DNA of 64,000 nucleotides, taken from the NCBI GenBank assembly GCA_008632985.1, contig QPGO01000087.1, positions 1 through 64,000 on the forward strand, given 5' to 3'. The translations under genes and the position numbers were made by a program. Shown here piece after piece: positions 58,587-64,000 of the stretch. Position 1 is the stretch's first letter. The number at the start of each line of letters is the position of its first letter. The stretch comes from Psammoneis japonica. Its lineage: Eukaryota. Under the pieces are notes generated by a model, which made no database searches, had not been told where the DNA came from, and saw only the letters and a list, made by a program, of their open reading frames with translations.

Positions 58587-60476
58587 ATGAGTGGGAAGAA
58601 ACCATCCCAGCGAGATGACGACGACGAGAAAGACTGGAGCAGTGGCGGAGTTAGAGCCCGACGGGCTGCAGTACTGCAGCTCTTGTCACATTTATACTTT
58701 ACACGTCGGCTCTGGTTCTCCGTTTGGATCTCAAAAGCCGGCACCGCCAAGGATTTGAACGAGAACCCACCACGCGTACCACTGTCACAGATTTTACCAC
58801 CACCATGGCTCGAGAGTGTTGCTGGATGGACATATCTGGCGTCGCTTCTCGCGCAATTGTTGTTAGTCAGCGGCTTCATATCCGACACCAATCGATCCGC
58901 TACTGTCTCTTCTTGGATGGCAACAATTGCATTCTCTGTGGTTGCGACCTTTGATTGCGCGCACTTGCAGCCTCCAGTACTTACTGGCTTGGCGTTGATC
59001 CTTTGTAACGATCCGACGGCACAGCGCGTCGTCTTGGCAGGAACTTGGCTGTGGTCGGGTCTTCACAAGGTCAACCCCGGCTTTCTCAACAAAGAACACC
59101 ACACTTTGATTGATCCGGTCTACTCCTTGGTGCTTGGATCCAGTTTTGTCAAACGAAACCGTATTCTCCTGCGTCTCTTGACCGCCATGACTGAGGCTGC
59201 CGCTGGTGGATTGCTCTTGATAGCTTGCGGTCAAACACTTCCTCGTCGTTGTCGTCGAAACTTGCTCATTCTAACTCGAGTGAGCGTCTTGTTTCTGGTA
59301 TCCATGCACGCTGTCATTATTGTGCGTCTCATGCAAACTCGATGGAACTACCACGTTCTTGGGTGGAATGTAAGCTGCCTCTACTTAGCCTTGGTGCTGT
59401 GGCGGCATTGCTGGGGGCGGCGATATCCACACAAGAATGGTGATGGTGCAGAACAGAGAAAGATTCGCCGATTGGTTCTACTGACATACATAATTGTGTT
59501 TACAATTGCCCCAGCTACCGTGACATTTGGTTACCTGGATCCATACCTGGGAAATTCGAATTACTCCAACAATGTCCCCTCACTCGAGATGGAGCTTCCT
59601 GTTGGTGGTGGAGTGGCAGCAGCAGCAACCCATTATGAAATACCGGTATACCAGAAATGGGGCCTCATTGATGAGTCATTCATTCCAGCAATGTCGCACG
59701 ATGGACGACAAATTGTTCGCATGGACTATCTCACCTTTCACATCAAGGCAAAAGGAACCGTCGGCTACCCTTCCGTGTGGGCTCACAAGCAGTTTGCACG
59801 GGACCTCTGTGACAAGCTTCGCGCAGCCAATCTTGCCACTGACGACGCGCGGTTCTTTCTCTCCCTCCCGTATACGGGATGGACTTTGTGGGAATCTTTG
59901 TGGGCCACAGCATCATTCACAACTCAAACACCACCACTGCCACCACTCTTTGTGCAGAAGAAATGCAGCAATGAATGGCGGCCGTTTCAGTCACGGTTAA
60001 AACAAGGAGTTGGTTCCTTGATGGAACGGGACACTGGTATCTCTGCAACGTTTTCGACAACACTGCAGGAATCTCATCCTCCTGTCCAACTCTTTTGGGT
60101 CGACACGCGCTTGTCGGTTTTGCAAACCGATGGGACCGTCACGACGGTGACCCTCCTACAGCAGGGACAACTTGGCAGTGTTAACATTGCACCGAAACAC
60201 ATTCAGACGTTTGTCGGGCACATGTTTGTGGCTGCTCGGGACATCAACCACCAAGGTGGTTTGTGTTGTTTGGTGGTGTGGATCGCACTGCCCAATGAAA
60301 GCACGGATGGTGTATCCCAGCAGCACTTTGTGTTGGGGAAAGAGATGATGAACTCGACACATATTGCACTGCCGGGGATGAAAGCGTGTGAAGGACTAGC
60401 AGCAGAAACAGAAGCCAACGCACCGCGACGGTTTTCCGATGAAACCAGGCATGTCGTCGCAAACGATGAACTATAG
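58587..60476 (+). CDS. Multi-pass membrane protein (HTTM/DoxX-like) with C-terminal VHL-beta-like domain
   Basis: Several hydrophobic helices; WSGLHKVNPGF, E...G..LL, MH..I, WN..V..WN; VQLFWV...TFVGHMF. Intronless. Confidence 0.6.
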   Translation: MSGKKPSQRDDDDEKDWSSGGVRARRAAVLQLLSHLYFTRRLWFSVWISKAGTAKDLNENPPRVPLSQILPPPWLESVAGWTYLASLLAQLLLVSGFISDTNRSATVSSWMATIAFSVVATFDCAHLQPPVLTGLALILCNDPTAQRVVLAGTWLWSGLHKVNPGFLNKEHHTLIDPVYSLVLGSSFVKRNRILLRLLTAMTEAAAGGLLLIACGQTLPRRCRRNLLILTRVSVLFLVSMHAVIIVRLMQTRWNYHVLGWNVSCLYLALVLWRHCWGRRYPHKNGDGAEQRKIRRLVLLTYIIVFTIAPATVTFGYLDPYLGNSNYSNNVPSLEMELPVGGGVAAAATHYEIPVYQKWGLIDESFIPAMSHDGRQIVRMDYLTFHIKAKGTVGYPSVWAHKQFARDLCDKLRAANLATDDARFFLSLPYTGWTLWESLWATASFTTQTPPLPPLFVQKKCSNEWRPFQSRLKQGVGSLMERDTGISATFSTTLQESHPPVQLFWVDTRLSVLQTDGTVTTVTLLQQGQLGSVNIAPKHIQTFVGHMFVAARDINHQGGLCCLVVWIALPNESTDGVSQQHFVLGKEMMNSTHIALPGMKACEGLAAETEANAPRRFSDETRHVVANDEL

Positions 60477-60946
60477 CTCGCAGCGCCATGTGCTATTTTT
60501 GCTGCGCTGCTTTGAGGGGGTTGATGATCATGACCGAGTCATGAAGAGTGTCCCTTTTCAATTTGCGAGTTCGGCGGATCACAGACTAAAAACTACGACT
60601 GCAGGGTGCAAGTAGTAGAACCCTCTCTCAGCACTAGAGAGGTGCAGTATGGTGCAACGCAAGGTGACTCTATGTCTACTGTAGGGCCCTCTAGCTAGCT
60701 AGTCTCTAGAGCTAGAGTAGAGAGTACAGTAGCCAGCAAAGATGGGGCAGCAGGAACAGGACAGACCTCGTCCGTCCCTCGCGCGAAAAGATATTTTTCT
60801 CGCGACAGATCTTCACCATCACACAGACACTGCTGACTATGCGATGCTGGATGCTGGCATGATGCATACTGTATGCATGCTTAGTCTAAGTCTAGTTTCA
60901 TTCACACCTTACTTTTTACGTGCATTCCTCCTCCTGCAAGCGACAA

Positions 60947-63779
60947 ATGCATGGGAAAAAGAAGCATTGTTTATTGATTCAAAGTTTTGTCAGTTTCGTC
61001 AGACTCGCTTTTCTGTCCTTTTTGCTGCCGATCGCGTCCGGTCGTAGTACACCAGCGTTCTTGCGGCCAAAGGCGGGAGGTGTCAAAGAGACTGTATTGA
61101 AAATGAAAGGCACATCAGCCGACGCCATGGCTTATAATGCTTTTGCATCGGCCTCTGTGGACTTGTCGGATCCTTACGTTTCACACGACAATGGTATGTT
61201 GAGCATCACTCGCACCGTCCTGGACATTGATGCCGACGCCAAGCGAAAATATGTCTATTCAATTCCAATTCCTAAAGACGACAACAACGATTCACCGACT
61301 TGCAGCAGTAGTATCCCTCCGCAACAAGTGTCGTCTGATGTGACTGCTACGATTCCGTCTCCTTCCGGTGACAAGTTGGCCGTGTTTAAGAAAGGAAACG
61401 ACGACAGCAAGGAGCAACAACTCGTTGAAATATGGACGCATCAATGTCAATGCTTGTCGCATCGAATCGTATTGCCAAAATCTCATGGTAACGTGTGTCA
61501 GAACTCGGTTTGGTTTGGGTCTCCCTCGTGGAACGCCCAAGAAACAGCCTTGGTGTATTCCGCCGAACGAAAAGAAATTGAAACGAAATCCTTCTTTAGA
61601 AAGGACGAAAAAGGCATTGCGGGTGGACAACACACTTTGGGAGTTGGTAAAACGGAAAGTTGGGGTGAGAAATATTCAAAAATGTCAGCGCTTTTGGATT
61701 TGTATTGCTTGGACGTGTCGACGGGAAACGTGGGCCTTGTGAAGAACGTGCCCGGTTCTTTTAGCAATACCACGACACTGAATGGATACACCTTGGGCCA
61801 AGCCGTGTTCTCACCCTGTGGGACGCACATTGCCTATACCGCATGGGATGCGGGGGGTGGATCCAACATGCCTCGGCGGTTGGGTATGATTTATTGCTTT
61901 CAACGCCCATGCCAAATTTACGTGTCGCCGGTAATGAATCTGCTGTCTTTTTTGGCAAAGCCCAAAAACGACGAAGAAGAACAGCCTGAGGATGATTTGC
62001 CGTGCACGTGTCTAACCAAGGACTTTAGGTTGGCTCGATCACCGCGATTCCAACCTGTAGAGGAGCCTTCGGGGAGCTCCGCTTCAAAGTTGGCGTATCT
62101 GGCGTGTGAAGAAGGATACGATACGTAAGTTCAGAGAGTTTTTTCTTTTTGTTGGTTGTTAATGTTCGATCCTTCGTACTTGTAGTATGCTCAACTTATC
62201 CCATTGGTTGACTTTGCTTCCTTTCGTTGTCTCCTACGTCAAACATAGACACGGTGGTGCTGTCTCGTTATACATGATGGATTGGAAAATCGAGAAGTAT
62301 ATTGGTGCTCCTGTGATGGATAGTAATTGTGAACTAGTGAAAATGGTGGATCTCCCATCATTCTCCACCGACCAACAAGCAGACAATGTTGAGAGTGTCG
62401 CAGGCATGACCTTTCCTGGACTCTTCTTGAACCAGCTACCCGATTCATGTTTTCCTCCCAACAATCACGAGTACATTCTGCTGAATACGAAGTGGGGATC
62501 TGTTGCAAAGGTTGTTCGAGTGTCACTAGTGGACAGGAAGCTCACCGTGCTGGACCTGGACATTGACCAAGGAACTGCAAAAGCCACGGCAAAGGAGAAC
62601 CTCGCGAGTCAATCATTTCTTTGCTTCACTAGGAATGGTGGAGCAATAGTGTCAGAGAGCGCTTCGAATCAACCGGCTGTGATTGGATATGTTTCGCCTG
62701 AATCAATGTCTTCCTATTCGACACTACTTCGCGCTCGCTTGATATCAAACATGTCACCCATTGCGACATCCAGTGTGTCGAGTATTGACACCGTAGGGAA
62801 AATGAAGGAGTCATTTGACTACAAAGTGTTCAGTGTTCCAGCACCGACGTTGCCAGGTGCTGCGGAAACTCGTATTCAATGTATCCTGCTTACTCCCACG
62901 TCCGCGTCTGACAAGGGCAAGCCGCCGCTTCTCGTGGTGCCACATGGTGGCCCGCATTCGTCTTCTGTCACCACGTATATTGCCAGCTATGCCTTTTTGT
63001 GTGCTCACGGGGGGTACGCCGTCTTGTTTGTGAATTATCGCGGCTCGGACGGATTCGGAATGGACGCTCTCAACTCCTTGCCGGGCAATATTGGTGTAGT
63101 GGATGTGGCGGATGTAGTTCAAGCAACAAGGGCGGTTTGTGATTCAGGTCAAGTGGATGCTTCTTGGGTTGGCATTTGTGGAGGTTCGCATGGTGGATTT
63201 CTCGCCGGACATCTTTTAGGGCAATATCCAAACTTGTTTCAAGCAGCTGCAATGAGGAATCCAGTGACCAACATTGCAACCATGGTTTCCTCTACTGATA
63301 TTCCTGACTGGTGTTATGTGGAGACCTTTGGACACAAGGGAAAATATGATTGGACCAAGTTCAGTGGCCCTACCGCGCAACAATTGGAGGAAATGTACAG
63401 GGCTAGTCCGATTGCACACGTAAAGAATGTTGTTGCGCCCACGTTAATCGCAGTTGGGATGAGTGACAAGAGGGTGCCGCCATCACAGAGTCTCGAGTAT
63501 TATCATACGCTGCGATCCGCTGGGATCAAAACAAAGCTATTGATGTATGATGAGGATGATCATGCTATTGATCGTTCTGCGAGCCAAGCCGACCATTGGA
63601 TCAATGTAAGAAAAACTGCACTGGACGTGACATCCTGGTGTTTTTCTTTATACAGTACTGTAGTCTCTGGCTGGCTCACCCCTGAATCGTCTTCTTCTCT
63701 TCCTTCTTGCAAAACCACCTCGAATCTATTGTAGATCAAACGTTGGTTCGATGAACATTTGAGAGGAGGTGAGTGTTGA
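60947..63779 (+). CDS. APEH: Acylamino-acid-releasing enzyme (peptidase S9C)
   Basis: ESWGE, RLGMIYCFQRP, HGGPH, VNYRGS.GFG, GGSHGG, RNPV, DIPDW, DKRVP, DDHAI. Introns ~62125-62248 and 63606-63734; start and last codons uncertain. Confidence 0.9.
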
Positions 63780-64000
63780 GCAACATTGTTTTCTGACATC
63801 GAGTTTGGAAGAGGATCGACAAGATGATCCATTCAATTAGAATATAGTATTCTAAAGTTCGGAATACATTCAGAGCTGGGCATAAGTCATCCGTGAAATT
63901 CAAGGGTTTCGATTGGATTGAACTTTTTTGCGAAGGACCAAACGAGAGTTTGTGACGAGGACTGCTACGGAACTTTCTCTCTTTACGTAGTATTTTTAAA

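Noticed and set aside
60620..60730. CTAG-rich palindromic stretch
   Set aside because: Short low-complexity intergenic sequence with no TSD or other support for a mobile element.

Overview
Eukaryotic genomic DNA, most likely a pennate diatom (short GT-AG introns, diatom-type Ty1/Copia elements, 'PT.SPT' linker and 'RRL' secreted proteins). About 20 ordinary host genes alternate with repeat-derived blocks (~3.85-5.7 kb, ~7.8-19.9 kb, ~22.0-24.8 kb, and the inside of a complete 7.0-kb Copia element at 51257-58261). Host genes include RNASEH2A, DDX55/SPB4, NF-YA, MTHFS, NDOR1, a trypsin, APEH and others. Main discovery: the repeat blocks have almost lost the dinucleotide TpA through A:T>G:C transitions (TA>TG and TA>CA). 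Conserved Copia tyrosines read Cys or His (YVDD>HVDD, YGLKQ>CGLKQ), and sister LTRs differ almost only at TA and CG sites. This looks like post-insertion, both-strand, repeat-targeted hypermutation with the opposite polarity to fungal RIP ('reverse RIP'), separable from CpG decay. Other notable items: an intronless all-in-one RNA-repair enzyme (HAD + 2H phosphoesterase + T4 Rnl1-type ligase + P-loop kinase); a head-to-head pair of collagen-like genes built from 9n-nt micro-exons, with a candidate recursive AG|GT site; and a non-autonomous LTR element carrying a 42-bp coding minisatellite. Several host genes show 1-nt indels that are probably assembly errors. All assignments come from motif recognition by eye; no searches were run.
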